58,001 nt of DNA from assembly GCA_015494465.1 (NCBI GenBank), contig WGBD01000009.1:1-58001 (forward strand), given 5' to 3'. Below are positions 27,673-40,908 of the stretch, in pieces; within the stretch, counting starts at the first letter, position 1, and each line of letters begins with the position of its first letter. The notes below the pieces were generated by a model that had not been told where the DNA came from, made no database searches, and saw only the letters and a program-made list of their open reading frames with translations. Both the position numbers and the translations under genes were made by a program. The stretch comes from Candidatus Omnitrophota bacterium. GTDB lineage: Bacteria > Omnitrophota > Gorgyraeia > S143-82.

Positions 27673-28449
27673 TCAGGCAAGTTCTGTCTTTAGGCCGAGC
27701 CGACCGCAGACCTCTAAGGCAAGTGACCGGTAGGCCGTAGCACCTGCAGACTTGGGATCGTAGGCCAGTATAGGCAGGCCATAACTGGGGGCCTCCCCTA
27801 ACCGGACATTCCTGGGTATCAGGGTGTGAAAGACCTTATCTTTAAAGAACCGTTTGACCTCGTCGACCACCGATGCGGACAAATTCGTCCGGGCGTCCAC
27901 CATGGTAAGCACCACCCCCAACAGGTCCAGATCGGGATTAAGCCTCTCTCTCACCAACTTTATAGTATTCATCAACTGCGCCAATCCCTCCAAGGCAAAG
28001 AACTCCGCCTGCACCGGCACCAATACCTTGTCCGCACACACCAGGGCCATGACCGTCAGCAGGCTCAAAGAGGGTGGACAGTCCAGTACTATGAGATCAA
28101 AGGCCTCATTCAAGGGCCTTATCCTCTCCGCCAACCTGTACTCCCGCCGGGGTACACCCACTAACTCCACCTCTATCCCGGTGAGGTTATTATTTGATGG
28201 AATTAAAAACATTTTTTTATCTCCCGCAACAACCTCCCTGATTGCGTTCTTAGCGGGAATCACATCGCTTAGGACCTCGTAGAGCGTAGGGGGATCCTTC
28301 TCCTGTCCCAGCCCGCTGGTGGCATTCCCTTGGGGATCCACATCCACGAGGAGGACTCGGTTGCCGAACACCGCAGAGTAGACCGCCACATTTATGGCGG
28401 TGGTGGTCTTTCCCGTACCACCCTTTTGGTTAGCGATCGCCACTATCAT
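27673..28449 (-). CDS. parA: Chromosome partitioning ATPase ParA/Soj
   Basis: NQKGGTGKTTT, DVDPQGNATSG, DCPPSL, PVQAEFFALEG, IPRNVRLGEAPSYG. Confidence 0.97.
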   Translation of the reverse strand: MIVAIANQKGGTGKTTTAINVAVYSAVFGNRVLLVDVDPQGNATSGLGQEKDPPTLYEVLSDVIPAKNAIREVVAGDKKMFLIPSNNNLTGIEVELVGVPRREYRLAERIRPLNEAFDLIVLDCPPSLSLLTVMALVCADKVLVPVQAEFFALEGLAQLMNTIKLVRERLNPDLDLLGVVLTMVDARTNLSASVVDEVKRFFKDKVFHTLIPRNVRLGEAPSYGLPILAYDPKSAGATAYRSLALEVCGRLGLKTELA

Positions 28450-28461
28450 CCGAGCAAAACC

Positions 28462-29865
28462 TCATCCCATACGGGAGATGATAACCTGCTGACCTGCGTT
28501 AAACAGGCTCATTACCAACCAGAACAGGACTAGCCCCGAGGGCAGATTGTAGAAGATGAAGAGAAAGAGGACCGGGAACAGCCACAGCATCGTCTGGTTG
28601 CCCTGGGCACTAGCGGTGCTCGTCCTCTGTTGGATCACCATCAGAAGGGCTACCAGGATCGGCAATAAGTGGATCTCCAGTTTCCCCACGGAAAACAGGA
28701 CGTCCGGCCGAGAGAGGTCCTTTATCCACAAAAACCCCGCCCCCTTCAACTCGTAGGTGTTCAGCAACAGCGGGTACAAGGCGAATATCACCGGCAATTG
28801 CAAAAGCAGTGGCAGACACCCAGAGAGCGGATTCACCTTGTACTTGGCGTACAACATGATGAGTTCCTGATTTAGCCTCTGGGGATCGTCTCTATACCTC
28901 TCCTGCAGGGCCTTCATCTCCGGCTGCATCGCCTGTAAGCGCTTCATCGCGGTATAACTCTTCAGGGTCAGAGGCATGAAGACCAGGGAGAATGCGACCG
29001 CCAACAACACGATCGCCAATCCCCAGTTCCTGGTTACCCTGTAGAAACCCTTCAGGGTCCACCAGAGAAGGTTGGTAATACCTGAGAGGATGGAGCCCTT
29101 TACCAGCCTACCGGCCTCTGGAAGCCCTTTCATAAACTCCTTGCGGAAGAGCCCGGCGTAAAAGAGGAGCCTAACCGGTTGACTCACCTCATCGGGGATC
29201 AAATGGAGGTAGGTCCGGATCCAGCCGTCCTCCTGTCTCGCTACTACCTGATCTATCACCCCCCTATCCACCCTCACATAGGCCAGGTAGTACTTGCTGT
29301 AGACCCCTACGCCCTCCAGCGTGTCGTTCAAATTCAACTTCTTGTCTTTCAATCGGATGCGTCTAACACGGGTTCCATAGTTCACCACCAGCCCCTGATA
29401 GAGCCTGGCATATCTCCTAGGCAGCTCTGCATCTTGGGGTACAGCCGGACCGCTGACCCATACCCCCTTCGTGCCCAACTCCCCCTCCAGCCTCAGCACC
29501 CCGTCTGTCACAGCCACCCTCCACGACCTTGCATCCTGGCGCACTAGAGCAGGCGGGTGGAACTCCAACTCCACGGGAGCCTTAGCCCCCTCCACCTCCT
29601 GGTGGCACCCAAACACACCCAGATCGCTGACCCTGTACCTCGTCTCCTCCCCTATCCACCCAGCCTCTTCATCCGATACGGCGGGCATCTCCGCGGGCAG
29701 GCCCATCCCCTTGTCCTGCCTCATATCCCCTTTGGAGGCTACATCCTCGTATGCGGGTTGGGGTGCTCCCGGTTTATCATTACGTATCTTCTTGAGCACC
29801 AATGTATTATAAAAAGAGATCAGAACCATCGATATAACGAACGCCAGTATAATCCTCTTCTCCAT
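28462..29865 (-). CDS. yidC: Membrane protein insertase YidC
   Basis: MEKRIILAFV anchor, NWGLAIV, KSY..M..LQ..QP, NPLSGCLP..LQLP, FLWIKDLS, PSGLVLFW. Confidence 0.95.
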   Translation of the reverse strand: MEKRIILAFVISMVLISFYNTLVLKKIRNDKPGAPQPAYEDVASKGDMRQDKGMGLPAEMPAVSDEEAGWIGEETRYRVSDLGVFGCHQEVEGAKAPVELEFHPPALVRQDARSWRVAVTDGVLRLEGELGTKGVWVSGPAVPQDAELPRRYARLYQGLVVNYGTRVRRIRLKDKKLNLNDTLEGVGVYSKYYLAYVRVDRGVIDQVVARQEDGWIRTYLHLIPDEVSQPVRLLFYAGLFRKEFMKGLPEAGRLVKGSILSGITNLLWWTLKGFYRVTRNWGLAIVLLAVAFSLVFMPLTLKSYTAMKRLQAMQPEMKALQERYRDDPQRLNQELIMLYAKYKVNPLSGCLPLLLQLPVIFALYPLLLNTYELKGAGFLWIKDLSRPDVLFSVGKLEIHLLPILVALLMVIQQRTSTASAQGNQTMLWLFPVLFLFIFYNLPSGLVLFWLVMSLFNAGQQVIISRMG

Positions 29866-29872
29866 AGACCTA

Positions 29873-30082
29873 TCACCTCACCGGATCGTAACCACCTTTG
29901 CTACCGGGATGGCACCTTAACACCCTATGGGCTGCCATCACCACGCCCTTAAAACCGTAGCGCTCTATCGCCTCTTTGGCGTACTCAGAGCAGGTGGGCA
30001 CGAAACGACAATGCCTACCAAGATAGGGGGAGATCGCCCTCTGATAAAGGACTATGAGCCCCAACAGGATCCTCTTAACCAC
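29873..30082 (-). CDS. yidD: Membrane protein insertion efficiency factor
   Basis: [21 protein letters not shown]...GGYDPV. Confidence 0.96.
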   Translation of the reverse strand: MVKRILLGLIVLYQRAISPYLGRHCRFVPTCSEYAKEAIERYGFKGVVMAAHRVLRCHPGSKGGYDPVR

Positions 30083-30440
30083 CTGCTACTTCCACCTGTC
30101 CCAAAAGATCCCCCAATGTCCCGCGTATCCAGTGAAAATCCACCGATCCCCCTCTTACACAAACGGTTATCAGGAGAAGGAGCCTCTTTCCTTCGGGTAT
30201 CTGCCTCGCCTTGAACCACTCCCTCAAGGCCTCCCGCACCCACCTCCTGATGCGGTTCCTTTCCACCGAACCCCGGTGACACCGCTTGCTGACGCGGATC
30301 GCCACCCCCACTGCGGGCCCTTCCTGACCTTCCCGGGGCAGATAGAGATAGCGAATGCGCACACCAGAGGTGCCTACCAGAGGCCCTTGCCTCAGCCTGG
30401 CGACCTCTCTATCCTTCTTTATAGGCCTGATCAGAGCCAA
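30075..30440 (-). CDS. rnpA: RNase P protein component
   Basis: RNR motif VSKR....[12 protein letters not shown]; rpmH-rnpA-yidD synteny. Confidence 0.9.
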   Translation of the reverse strand: MALIRPIKKDREVARLRQGPLVGTSGVRIRYLYLPREGQEGPAVGVAIRVSKRCHRGSVERNRIRRWVREALREWFKARQIPEGKRLLLLITVCVRGGSVDFHWIRGTLGDLLGQVEVAGG

Positions 30441-30446
30441 AGTCCC

Positions 30447-30584
30447 TCAAACCGTGAGGCGCTTACGGCCCTTTGCCCTTCTCCTCTTGAGGACCTTCTG
30501 TCCCGCCCGGGTGGACATCCTCTTGAGGAAGCCGTGCGTGCGCTTCCGCTTAAGGTTGCTTATGGGTCTCAGGTTCTTTTTCAT
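30447..30584 (-). CDS. rpmH: 50S ribosomal protein L34 (45 aa)
   Basis: Not in ORF track; [45 protein letters not shown]. Confidence 0.97.
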   Translation of the reverse strand: MKKNLRPISNLKRKRTHGFLKRMSTRAGQKVLKRRRAKGRKRLTV

Positions 30585-30743
30585 AGTTGCCCATTATATA
30601 TGCAAAACCGACATCCGGTCAATCCGAAGTTTAGATTAGATATTTCCCACCCGAATATGTGTGATATAATATTTCTCCACATCGCTGTGGAAAACTTGTT
30701 GATTTTGTGTAAAACTCGGTGGATTTTCTTTGTATAAATTGAT
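30585..30743. promoter_or_regulatory. rpmH-dnaA intergenic: dnaA promoter and DnaA boxes (oriC part 1)
   Basis: TGnTATAAT at 30662-30670; box-like TTCTCCACA 30673, TGTGGAAAA 30686, TGTGTAAAA 30706; AT-rich. Confidence 0.75.
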
Positions 30744-32054
30744 ATGTCTTTGTGGGACAAGGTATTACAAAACCTGCAGACCAGACTGGAACCCCAGCAG
30801 TTCAAGACCTGGATCCAGCCAATAAAGGTGGTATCAGAATCCGAAGGGCAGATAAGTCTCGCGGTGCCGGACAACTTTTTCAAGTCCTGGATAGAGGAGC
30901 ACTTTCAATCCGAGATAAATCAGGCACTGTATCAGGTATCCGGTGTGCCAGTCCGTACCGAGATACGGGTCCACCCCGAGATGTTCCAGCGCGAAGAAGA
31001 GATGCCTCCCGACGAAAGGGTGATAACCTCATCTGCACTCAGACTCAACCCAAAGTACCGCTTCGAGAACTTCGTCATAGGCCCGTCCAATAGGTTCGCC
31101 TTCGCCGCTGCCACCGCGGTGGCCCAGAGCCCGGCAAAGGCCTACAACCCGCTGTTCATATACGGCGGGGTGGGGTTGGGCAAGACCCACCTCATGCAGG
31201 CGATCGCCCACTACGCCATAGAACACCACCCGGGTATAAAGGTCTGTTACATATCCAGTGAGCAGTTCACCAACGAACTCATCGACGCAATCCAACACCG
31301 CTCCACCAAGACCTTTCGGGAGAGATACCGCAATGTGGACATCCTCCTCATCGACGACATACAATTCATCGGCGGAAAGGAATCAACGCAGGAGGAGTTC
31401 TTCCACACCTTCAACGCCCTATACGACGCACACAAACAGATAATAATTTCCTCCGACCGGCACCCGAAGGAGATATCCACGCTTGAAGAGAGGCTGATCT
31501 CCAGATTCGGTTGGGGTCTGATAACTGACATCCAGCCACCCGACCTGGAGACCAGAATAGCGATACTGAAGAAAAAATTAGAGCACGAACAGGTGAAGGT
31601 GGAAGAGGATGTAATCCTGTTCATCGCGGAGAACATAAAGACCAACATCAGGGAACTGGAGGGGGCCCTGGTGAGGGTGATAGCGTTTTCAATAATAGAG
31701 CGCAAACCGGTGACCCTGGACTTCGCTAAAGAGGTGCTGAAGGACATGGTCAGCTCGGTGAAAAAGAAGGTCACCATAGACGACATACTAAGAGAGGTCT
31801 CCGACTTCTTCGGGATAACCGCGCAGGACATAAAGGCCAAGAAGCGCAGTCGCACCTACCTATTACCCCGACAGATAGCGATATACCTGGCAAGGGAACT
31901 GACCGAGATGTCCCTGCCGGAGTTGGGACTTGCCTTTGGAGGAAAGGACCACACCACGATCTTGCATTCTTACAACAAGATAAAAAGGGCAATAAAGGAA
32001 GACAGGGCCCTTGCAGGCACATTGGAGGCGATACAAAAGAGGTTGGAGAGGTGA
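30744..32054 (+). CDS. dnaA: Chromosomal replication initiator DnaA
   Basis: YNPLFIYGGVGLGKTHL, LLIDDIQF, QEEFFHTFN, NIRELEGAL, KDHTTILH. Confidence 0.99.
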   Translation: MSLWDKVLQNLQTRLEPQQFKTWIQPIKVVSESEGQISLAVPDNFFKSWIEEHFQSEINQALYQVSGVPVRTEIRVHPEMFQREEEMPPDERVITSSALRLNPKYRFENFVIGPSNRFAFAAATAVAQSPAKAYNPLFIYGGVGLGKTHLMQAIAHYAIEHHPGIKVCYISSEQFTNELIDAIQHRSTKTFRERYRNVDILLIDDIQFIGGKESTQEEFFHTFNALYDAHKQIIISSDRHPKEISTLEERLISRFGWGLITDIQPPDLETRIAILKKKLEHEQVKVEEDVILFIAENIKTNIRELEGALVRVIAFSIIERKPVTLDFAKEVLKDMVSSVKKKVTIDDILREVSDFFGITAQDIKAKKRSRTYLLPRQIAIYLARELTEMSLPELGLAFGGKDHTTILHSYNKIKRAIKEDRALAGTLEAIQKRLER

Positions 32055-32208
32055 TGTGGATTTCCCGTGGGTTTTCCACAACTTATTCAGGGACAAAACC
32101 TGAAGTCTTACATATAGAAAACAAAAGGGTTAAGGAGTTTTCCACAAATACACAGGCCCTAATACTTGTGCGTCTGGACATTGTCGTAAAAAGAGAAGGA
32201 GGAGTAAT
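32055..32208. promoter_or_regulatory. dnaA-dnaN intergenic oriC with basal unwinding system motif
   Basis: TGTGGATTT 32055, TTTTCCACA 32072 and 32138, followed by AATACACA-GGCCC-TAA-TAC; gene strand and C-rich to G-rich skew switch in this region. Confidence 0.85.
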
Positions 32209-33318
32209 ATGAAGTTCTCTGTGGAAAAGGACCAACTGTTAAGGGCCTTGACCATTGCCCAAGGGATAATTTCCTCGCGCACGAATTTACCTATACTAGC
32301 CAATGTCTTGATAAGGTCAAACGGAAAGAAGGAGATCACCCTTACCTCAACCGATCTGGACATAGGAGTAAAGGTGTCCATCCCTGCAGATGTCAGCGCG
32401 GAAGGGGGGATATCGGTAAACAGCAGGAAGCTATTTGACTTCGTGCGGGAGATGGAGACAGATACCTTGGAATTCGTAGTAAAGAGAAACTACCACGTCC
32501 ACCTGAGCTCGGGAGCGGTCAGTGCGCGCTTCTACGGTATCCCCGAGGAAGAATTTCCTGCCTTACCCAGCGTAAAGGCCAGCGCTTCCTTGGAGATGCC
32601 CGCAGACGTCCTAAAGAACCTGCTCCAGCTCACCCTGTTTTCCGCATCCAAAGACACTATAAGGTACGAATTGAACGGTGTCCTCTTCGAGCTGGAGCCG
32701 GGGAGGATCCGGGCGGTTGCCAGCGACGGAAAAAGGCTCTCGCTTGCGGAAGTTGAATTCGATCACGACATCACGCACAGCGTTATACTTCCTCTCAAGG
32801 CAGGGCAGGAGCTTATGCGGTTCCTCTCTGACGCGGATGTCGTGAGTGCGGTCTTTGGTGACAACATGGTTGGATTTTCCTGGAACGGTGTGGAGTTGGT
32901 CTCTCGGGTGATAGAGGGTGAGTATCCCCAGTATCGGCGGGTGATCCCGGAGGAAAAAGAGGAAAAGGCCATAGTCCCTAGGGCCAATTTTCTCTCCGCT
33001 TTGAAGAGGGCCAGCATATTCACCAGCACCGATTCCCATGCGGTTAAATTGGACTTTTATCGTAACAAGTTGGTGATCACCAAGGATTCTCAGGAGGTTG
33101 GATCCTCTCGGGAGGAACTCCCCATAGCTTACGACGGGGAGGAGATAAGCATAGGGGTGAATCCGGACTTTCTTATAGACATGCTCCGCACGGTCCCGGT
33201 GGAGGAGGTAAAGATAGAGGTCACCGCTCCGGATGTGCCTATAGTGATCCGGGATACCTTGTCTCTGGACGGGATTGATTACAACTACATGTACCTGGTC
33301 TCGCTGATGAGGATGTGA
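32209..33318 (+). CDS. dnaN: DNA polymerase III beta clamp
   Basis: LPILANVLI, TDLD, EFP, LNGV, ASDGKRL, SRVIEGEYP.Y..VIP. Confidence 0.97.
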   Translation: MKFSVEKDQLLRALTIAQGIISSRTNLPILANVLIRSNGKKEITLTSTDLDIGVKVSIPADVSAEGGISVNSRKLFDFVREMETDTLEFVVKRNYHVHLSSGAVSARFYGIPEEEFPALPSVKASASLEMPADVLKNLLQLTLFSASKDTIRYELNGVLFELEPGRIRAVASDGKRLSLAEVEFDHDITHSVILPLKAGQELMRFLSDADVVSAVFGDNMVGFSWNGVELVSRVIEGEYPQYRRVIPEEKEEKAIVPRANFLSALKRASIFTSTDSHAVKLDFYRNKLVITKDSQEVGSSREELPIAYDGEEISIGVNPDFLIDMLRTVPVEEVKIEVTAPDVPIVIRDTLSLDGIDYNYMYLVSLMRM

Positions 33319-33548
33319 TGGGTGCCAAGAAGGTGGATAAGATATGCCGTTCCTTCTTGGAGGGGGTAAAGACGGTGGATCTTTCCCCTCTGGGGGATCT
33401 GGCGGGGTATGTATCTTCGGTGGAAGTGAGGGGATCAGTTGGTATAATAAGGGCCAAGGATCCGACCTCGCGGTACCTGCTCAGGAGGGCGAGCGAGGTT
33501 ATTAAGGACCTATTGGGGGTAGATGAAGTCAAGATAGAATTGGAGTGA
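33315..33548 (+). CDS. Small protein, possibly DciA/DUF721-like
   Basis: 77 aa, overlaps dnaN stop, occupies the dnaN-gyrB slot typical of DUF721; KH-like beta/alpha pattern; weak sequence support. Confidence 0.5.
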   Translation: MMGAKKVDKICRSFLEGVKTVDLSPLGDLAGYVSSVEVRGSVGIIRAKDPTSRYLLRRASEVIKDLLGVDEVKIELE

Positions 33549-35978
<2,430 letters not shown>

Positions 35979-35992
35979 AGGAGGACGATTAG

Positions 35993-38419
35993 ATGTACAC
36001 GCGCAACGAGAGGATTATACCTAGACCGATAGAAGAGGAGATGAAGACCTCCTACCTCAACTACGCGATGAGCGTGATCATCGGCAGGGCCTTGCCCGAC
36101 GTCAGAGACGGGTTAAAACCGGTCCAGAGACGCATCCTCTACGCTATGCACGAACTGGGCCTGCAGCACGGCAAGCCCTTTAAGAAGAGCGCGAGGATCG
36201 TCGGTGAGGTCTTGGGCAAGTATCATCCCCACGGGGACAGTGCGGTATACGATGCCTTAGTGAGGATGGTCCAGCCGTTCTCGCTGCGCTATCCCTTGGT
36301 GGAAGGGCAGGGGAACTTTGGATCCATAGACGGGGACGCCGCAGCTGCGATGCGTTATACCGAGGCCCGCCTGGCCAAGATCAGTCAGGAGATGTTGAGA
36401 GATATAGACAAGGACACGGTGGACTTCGTCCCCAACTTCGACGAGAGTCTACAGGAACCGACGGTCTTGCCGGCAGCGATCCCCAACCTCCTTATCAACG
36501 GTGCCAGCGGTATTGCGGTGGGTATGGCCACGAACATACCTCCCCACAATCTGGGGGAGGTGATATCCGCCTTGGTAGCGATGATAGACGATCCCAACAT
36601 CGATGTGAAAGGACTGATGAGGCACATAAAGGGTCCGGACTTCCCCACCGGTGCCCTCATCTGCGGGAGGTCGGGGATAAAGCAGGCCTACGAGACCGGG
36701 CGGGGCAAGATAACCCTGCGGGCCAAGGCAGTCACCGAGAAACACCCCCGCACCGGTAGGCAGTCCCTGGTAATCACCGAGATACCCTACCAGGTCAACA
36801 AGTCAAACCTGCTGGCCACCATAGCCTCTTATGTCCAGTCCAAGAAGATAGAGGGCATATCCGATATCCGGGATGAGTCGGACAAGGAAGGCTTGAGGAT
36901 CGTCCTCGAGCTCAAGAGGGACGCCCAGCCGGAGATCGTCTTGAATCAATTGTACAAGTACACCCAGTTGGAAACTACCTTTGGGATTATACTCCTGGCC
37001 ATCGTCCACGGCAGACCGCAGGTCCTGACCTTGAAGGAGATGCTACAGCAGTTCATCCAGCACCGCAGGGAGGTGGTCACCCGCAGGACCAGGTTTGAAC
37101 TCGCCAAGGCCAAGAGGCGTGCCCACATCCTGGAGGGGTTAAAGATTGCCTTGGACAACATAGACGCGGTCATAGAGACGATAAAGAAGTCCCGGACCAC
37201 CCAGGATGCCAAAGAAAAGTTGATTAAGAGGTTTTCCCTCACCGAGGTGCAGGCCCAGGCCATCTTGGAGATGCAACTCCAGAGGTTGGTGAGTTTGGAG
37301 AGGAAGAAACTGGAAGAGGAATATCTGGAACTCATCAAGAGGATAGAATTCCTCGAGTCCGTCCTGGCCTCGGATGCCAAGTTGATGGGTATCATCCGGG
37401 AGGAACTTCTGGAGATCAAAGAGAAGTACGCAGATCCCCGCCGGACGGACATAACCGCCGAGACCAAGGAACTCAACATAGAGGACCTCATCCAGGAAGA
37501 GGACATGGTGATCACCATAAGCCACCGCGGTTACATAAAGCGGCTTGCGGTGAGCAGTTATAGGAAGCAGGCAAGGGGCGGAAAAGGGGTAAGCACCGCT
37601 GCAGCCAAGGAAGGAGACTTTATAGAGCACCTGTTCGTGGCAAAGACCTTGGATTACCTGTTGTTCTTCACCAACAAGGGCAAGGCCTACTGGCTTAAGG
37701 TGTACGAGATCCCCGAGGCCTCCCGTACCAGCAGGGGACGGGCGATAGTGAACCTATTGTCTTTGTCTCAAGGGGAGCACATAAGCACCGTTCTGGCCCT
37801 GAGGAGCTTTGGGGAGGAAGAGAGGATGTGCCTGATTACCCGCAACGGTATTATCAAGCGGGTGGAGGCCCGGGCCTTCAGCCATGTGAGAAAGGGCGGG
37901 ATTATTGCCATTACCCTGGACAAGGGCGACGAGTTGGTGCGGGCACTCCTTACCAGCGGGGAGGACGAACTGGTCATCGCCACCGCCAAGGGTATTGCGA
38001 TAAGATTCAAGGAGACCGACGTGCGGGAAATGGGCAGACAGGCCCGCGGGGTAAAGGCGATATCCCTGCGCAAGGGAGATTACGTCGTGGGGGCGGTTAT
38101 AGTGGAAAAAGGTAAGGACTTGCTCACCATAACCAGCGATGGGATAGCCAAGAGGTCGGGTTTCGAGGAATACCGGCTTCAAAACCGGGGAGGCACGGGA
38201 TTGATCAACATAAAGTTGAGGCCTGGCGCAGAGGTGGTCTTTGCCATGGCCGTGGACGACGAAACCGAGGTGATGGTGATCACTCAGAAGGGAATGACTG
38301 TGCGCTGTCCGGTCAAGGACATCCGCCGGACCTCCCGGAACACCCAAGGCGTGCGCCTTATAAAGATGGAGGAGGGGGACAGGGTGGTCACTGCAGCAAA
38401 GGTGGAGAAAGATGAGTGA
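35993..38419 (+). CDS. gyrA: DNA gyrase subunit A
   Basis: [26 protein letters not shown], GyrA-box QARGGKG. Confidence 0.99.
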   Translation: MYTRNERIIPRPIEEEMKTSYLNYAMSVIIGRALPDVRDGLKPVQRRILYAMHELGLQHGKPFKKSARIVGEVLGKYHPHGDSAVYDALVRMVQPFSLRYPLVEGQGNFGSIDGDAAAAMRYTEARLAKISQEMLRDIDKDTVDFVPNFDESLQEPTVLPAAIPNLLINGASGIAVGMATNIPPHNLGEVISALVAMIDDPNIDVKGLMRHIKGPDFPTGALICGRSGIKQAYETGRGKITLRAKAVTEKHPRTGRQSLVITEIPYQVNKSNLLATIASYVQSKKIEGISDIRDESDKEGLRIVLELKRDAQPEIVLNQLYKYTQLETTFGIILLAIVHGRPQVLTLKEMLQQFIQHRREVVTRRTRFELAKAKRRAHILEGLKIALDNIDAVIETIKKSRTTQDAKEKLIKRFSLTEVQAQAILEMQLQRLVSLERKKLEEEYLELIKRIEFLESVLASDAKLMGIIREELLEIKEKYADPRRTDITAETKELNIEDLIQEEDMVITISHRGYIKRLAVSSYRKQARGGKGVSTAAAKEGDFIEHLFVAKTLDYLLFFTNKGKAYWLKVYEIPEASRTSRGRAIVNLLSLSQGEHISTVLALRSFGEEERMCLITRNGIIKRVEARAFSHVRKGGIIAITLDKGDELVRALLTSGEDELVIATAKGIAIRFKETDVREMGRQARGVKAISLRKGDYVVGAVIVEKGKDLLTITSDGIAKRSGFEEYRLQNRGGTGLINIKLRPGAEVVFAMAVDDETEVMVITQKGMTVRCPVKDIRRTSRNTQGVRLIKMEEGDRVVTAAKVEKDE

Positions 38420-39782
38420 TGAACAGAGAAGACAAGATCGCGTCCCGTTGGCCGGACCGGACATCCAGGAAATACTTTCGGACCCCGACTATCCAAAAAA
38501 ACTTCGGGAGCTCTTCGACGACCTGCACCCTTACGACGTATTCTCCCTCATAGAAGACCTCCCCCCTGAGGACATAGCCAAGATTATCTCCGCACTGGGG
38601 AAGAAAGGAATAGAGGTCTTTGAGTACTTTCCCGATGAGGAGAAGAAGGACATCTTCTACTGTTTCTCCCGGAAGAAGATGGTCGAGCTTTTGGAGGAGA
38701 TGGCGCCGGACGATAGAGTGGACTTCGTGAAGAAACTACCCGAGGACCTGGTGGAAGACATCTTGCCTCTCCTCGCCCAGGCGGAGCGAAACGACATAAA
38801 ACGCCTTCTCCAATACGAAGAAGGCACTGCCGGGGCGATAATGACCACTGAATACGCGACCATCCCTCCGGACATCACCGTGGACAAGGCCTTGGAATAC
38901 CTCCGGCGGGTGGCCCCGGATAGGGAGACGATATATTACGTGTACGTGACGGATAGGGATAGGAAGCTGCTGGGCTTGGTCACCCTGCGCGATCTTATAG
39001 TTGCCCGCAGGACGGCCAAGATAGAGGACATAATGCACAGAGACTTGATAGTGGTGAGGGTGGACGATCCGGTGGAAGAGGTTGCCAAGAAGGTGCGGGA
39101 TTACGACTTTTTGGCGATTCCAGTAGTGGATCACGAGAACAGACTCGTAGGTATCGTCACCGTTGACGACGTCATCGATGTCATAGAGGAGGAAGATACC
39201 GAGGACATGTTTGCCTACGGTGCATCTGGCGTGGTCCACAATTACACCGAGGAAAGCGTCTGGAACATCGCCCGCAAGAGGATCACCTGGCTTCTGGTGT
39301 TGGTCTTCGTGCAGTTTATCTCCGGGGCAGTCCTGCAGATGCATTCGGCGGAATTGCAGGCGATGATTGCCCTTGCCTTTTTCCTCCCGGTGTTGTCGGG
39401 GATGGGGGGAAATGCGGGTTCGCAGTCTTCTACGACCATCATCCGCGGGTTGGCCACGGGGGAGATAGAGGAAGCGGACATGTGGCGCATATTCTACAAA
39501 GAACTCAGGGTCGGCCTGTTGGTGGGGAGCATATTGGGTATTATAGGATTCGCCCGGGCGATGTTTATCCAGCAAGATGTGCGGTTGGGTTTGACGGTCT
39601 TTCTCTCCATGGTCGCGACGGTGACCGCTGCAACAACCGCGGGGGCTATGTTGCCGATATTCTTCAAGAAAATCGGTCTAGATCCTGCCCTAATGTCCGG
39701 ACCGTTTATTGCCAGTGTGGTGGACATCGTCTCCATACTCATATACTTTGAGATCGCCCGGATAATTATTATGGGTTTTTGA
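38412..39782 (+). CDS. mgtE: Magnesium transporter MgtE
   Basis: [13 protein letters not shown] pair, [26 protein letters not shown]. Confidence 0.96.
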   Translation: MSDEQRRQDRVPLAGPDIQEILSDPDYPKKLRELFDDLHPYDVFSLIEDLPPEDIAKIISALGKKGIEVFEYFPDEEKKDIFYCFSRKKMVELLEEMAPDDRVDFVKKLPEDLVEDILPLLAQAERNDIKRLLQYEEGTAGAIMTTEYATIPPDITVDKALEYLRRVAPDRETIYYVYVTDRDRKLLGLVTLRDLIVARRTAKIEDIMHRDLIVVRVDDPVEEVAKKVRDYDFLAIPVVDHENRLVGIVTVDDVIDVIEEEDTEDMFAYGASGVVHNYTEESVWNIARKRITWLLVLVFVQFISGAVLQMHSAELQAMIALAFFLPVLSGMGGNAGSQSSTTIIRGLATGEIEEADMWRIFYKELRVGLLVGSILGIIGFARAMFIQQDVRLGLTVFLSMVATVTAATTAGAMLPIFFKKIGLDPALMSGPFIASVVDIVSILIYFEIARIIIMGF

Positions 39783-39847
39783 TTTGATCTTGGGCTGGTC
39801 TGTGTTATACTCTATCGGTGCTTGTGAGTGTTTAGTTTGCGTGTCCG

Positions 39848-39883
39848 AGCCACCGGGCTAAATGCTCGGTGGCTTTGTTTTTT
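39848..39883 (+). terminator. Intrinsic terminator-like hairpin between mgtE and slyD-like gene
   Basis: AGCCACCGGGC-TAAAT-GCTCGGTGGCT followed by TTGTTTTTT. Confidence 0.75.
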
Positions 39884-39919
39884 GTCAGTGGGCCTGCAAA
39901 GAGAGAGGAGGAACGGAAG

Positions 39920-40435
39920 ATGCAGGTACAGGTTCTGGCGCTGCTGATAGCAGGCGTGCTCATCTTCGCCCCGCGCTTGTTCGCTGCCAACGAGGGCGAA
40001 CAGTCCGCGGGCGAGGTGAAAGAGGGCTCCACGGTGACGCTGGAGTACACCCTCAAGGACGAGACCGGGAAGGTGGTGGAGTCCAATGTGGGCAAGAAGC
40101 CCCTTACTGTCCACCTGAACGGGAAGGAAATCATCCCGGGTCTGGAGAAACGGATGATCGGGATGAAAGAGGGCGAGAGCAAGGAGATAACGGTCCCGGC
40201 CAAGGAGGCCTACGGAGAGGTCCAGAAGGAGCTGATGCTAGAGGTCCCTCTGGAGAAGTTGCCTCCTAATACCAAGGTCGGGGACCAGCTCCAGTTGCAG
40301 GCGCCCGACGGGAAGGTCTTTCCCTGTCGAGTGAAGAGCATCGACGAGGAGAAGAAGGTCGCCATTATAGACCTGAACCACCCGTTGGCAGGAAAGGATC
40401 TGACGTTTGACATCAAGATCCTTAAAGTTGAGTGA
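39920..40435 (+). CDS. FKBP-type PPIase (SlyD/SlpA type) with N-terminal signal peptide
   Basis: VTLEYTL, IIPGLEK..GM..GE, AYG, IF domain, DLNHPLAGKDLTF; leader MQVQVLALLIAGVLIFAPRLFAA. Confidence 0.9.
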   Translation: MQVQVLALLIAGVLIFAPRLFAANEGEQSAGEVKEGSTVTLEYTLKDETGKVVESNVGKKPLTVHLNGKEIIPGLEKRMIGMKEGESKEITVPAKEAYGEVQKELMLEVPLEKLPPNTKVGDQLQLQAPDGKVFPCRVKSIDEEKKVAIIDLNHPLAGKDLTFDIKILKVE

Positions 40436-40466
40436 GTTAGTGCTTAGAAAGGAGAGGTTCGTGGAA

Positions 40467-40769
40467 ATGGGAAAGAGACTGTATGTTGGGAATCTACCTT
40501 ATGCGGTTAACGACGAGAGACTTCTGGAAATCTTTTCCGAAGTTGGCACTGTCAGTAGCGCACAGGTAATATTGGACAGGAACACTGGTAGGTCCAAGGG
40601 GTTCGGATTCGTGGAGATGTCCACGGAGGAAGAGGCCCAGGCTGCGATAGAGAAACTGAATCAGCAGGAGATCGACGGGAGAAACATCGTGGTGAACGAG
40701 GCCCGTCCGAGCACGGGGAGGACGAGGTCCTTTTCCGATCGATCCCGGGGATTCAGGTCCTATCGGTAG
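40467..40769 (+). CDS. RRM RNA-binding protein
   Basis: RNP2 LYVGNL, RNP1 KGFGFVEM, VVNEARP. Confidence 0.95.
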   Translation: MGKRLYVGNLPYAVNDERLLEIFSEVGTVSSAQVILDRNTGRSKGFGFVEMSTEEEAQAAIEKLNQQEIDGRNIVVNEARPSTGRTRSFSDRSRGFRSYR

Positions 40770-40803
40770 GATGAAGAGATAGTCTGTTTGCAGGTCCACT
40801 GAG

Positions 40804-40837
40804 ATTTACCCGGTCATCGTGGCCGGGTAAATTTTTT
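40804..40837 (+). terminator. Intrinsic terminator
   Basis: ATTTACCCGGTCA-TCG-TGGCCGGGTAAAT-TTTTT. Confidence 0.85.
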
Positions 40838-40908
40838 CTTCACACATATGTTTTTTACATATATACTATTAGCAGATATTAATTATCAACCCTTCGCAAG
40901 GAGAGGGT

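Noticed and set aside
25299-27740. Small ORFs with MFHVEH, CSTWN or VPRGT repeats
   Set aside because: These are translations of the parS palindrome in different frames
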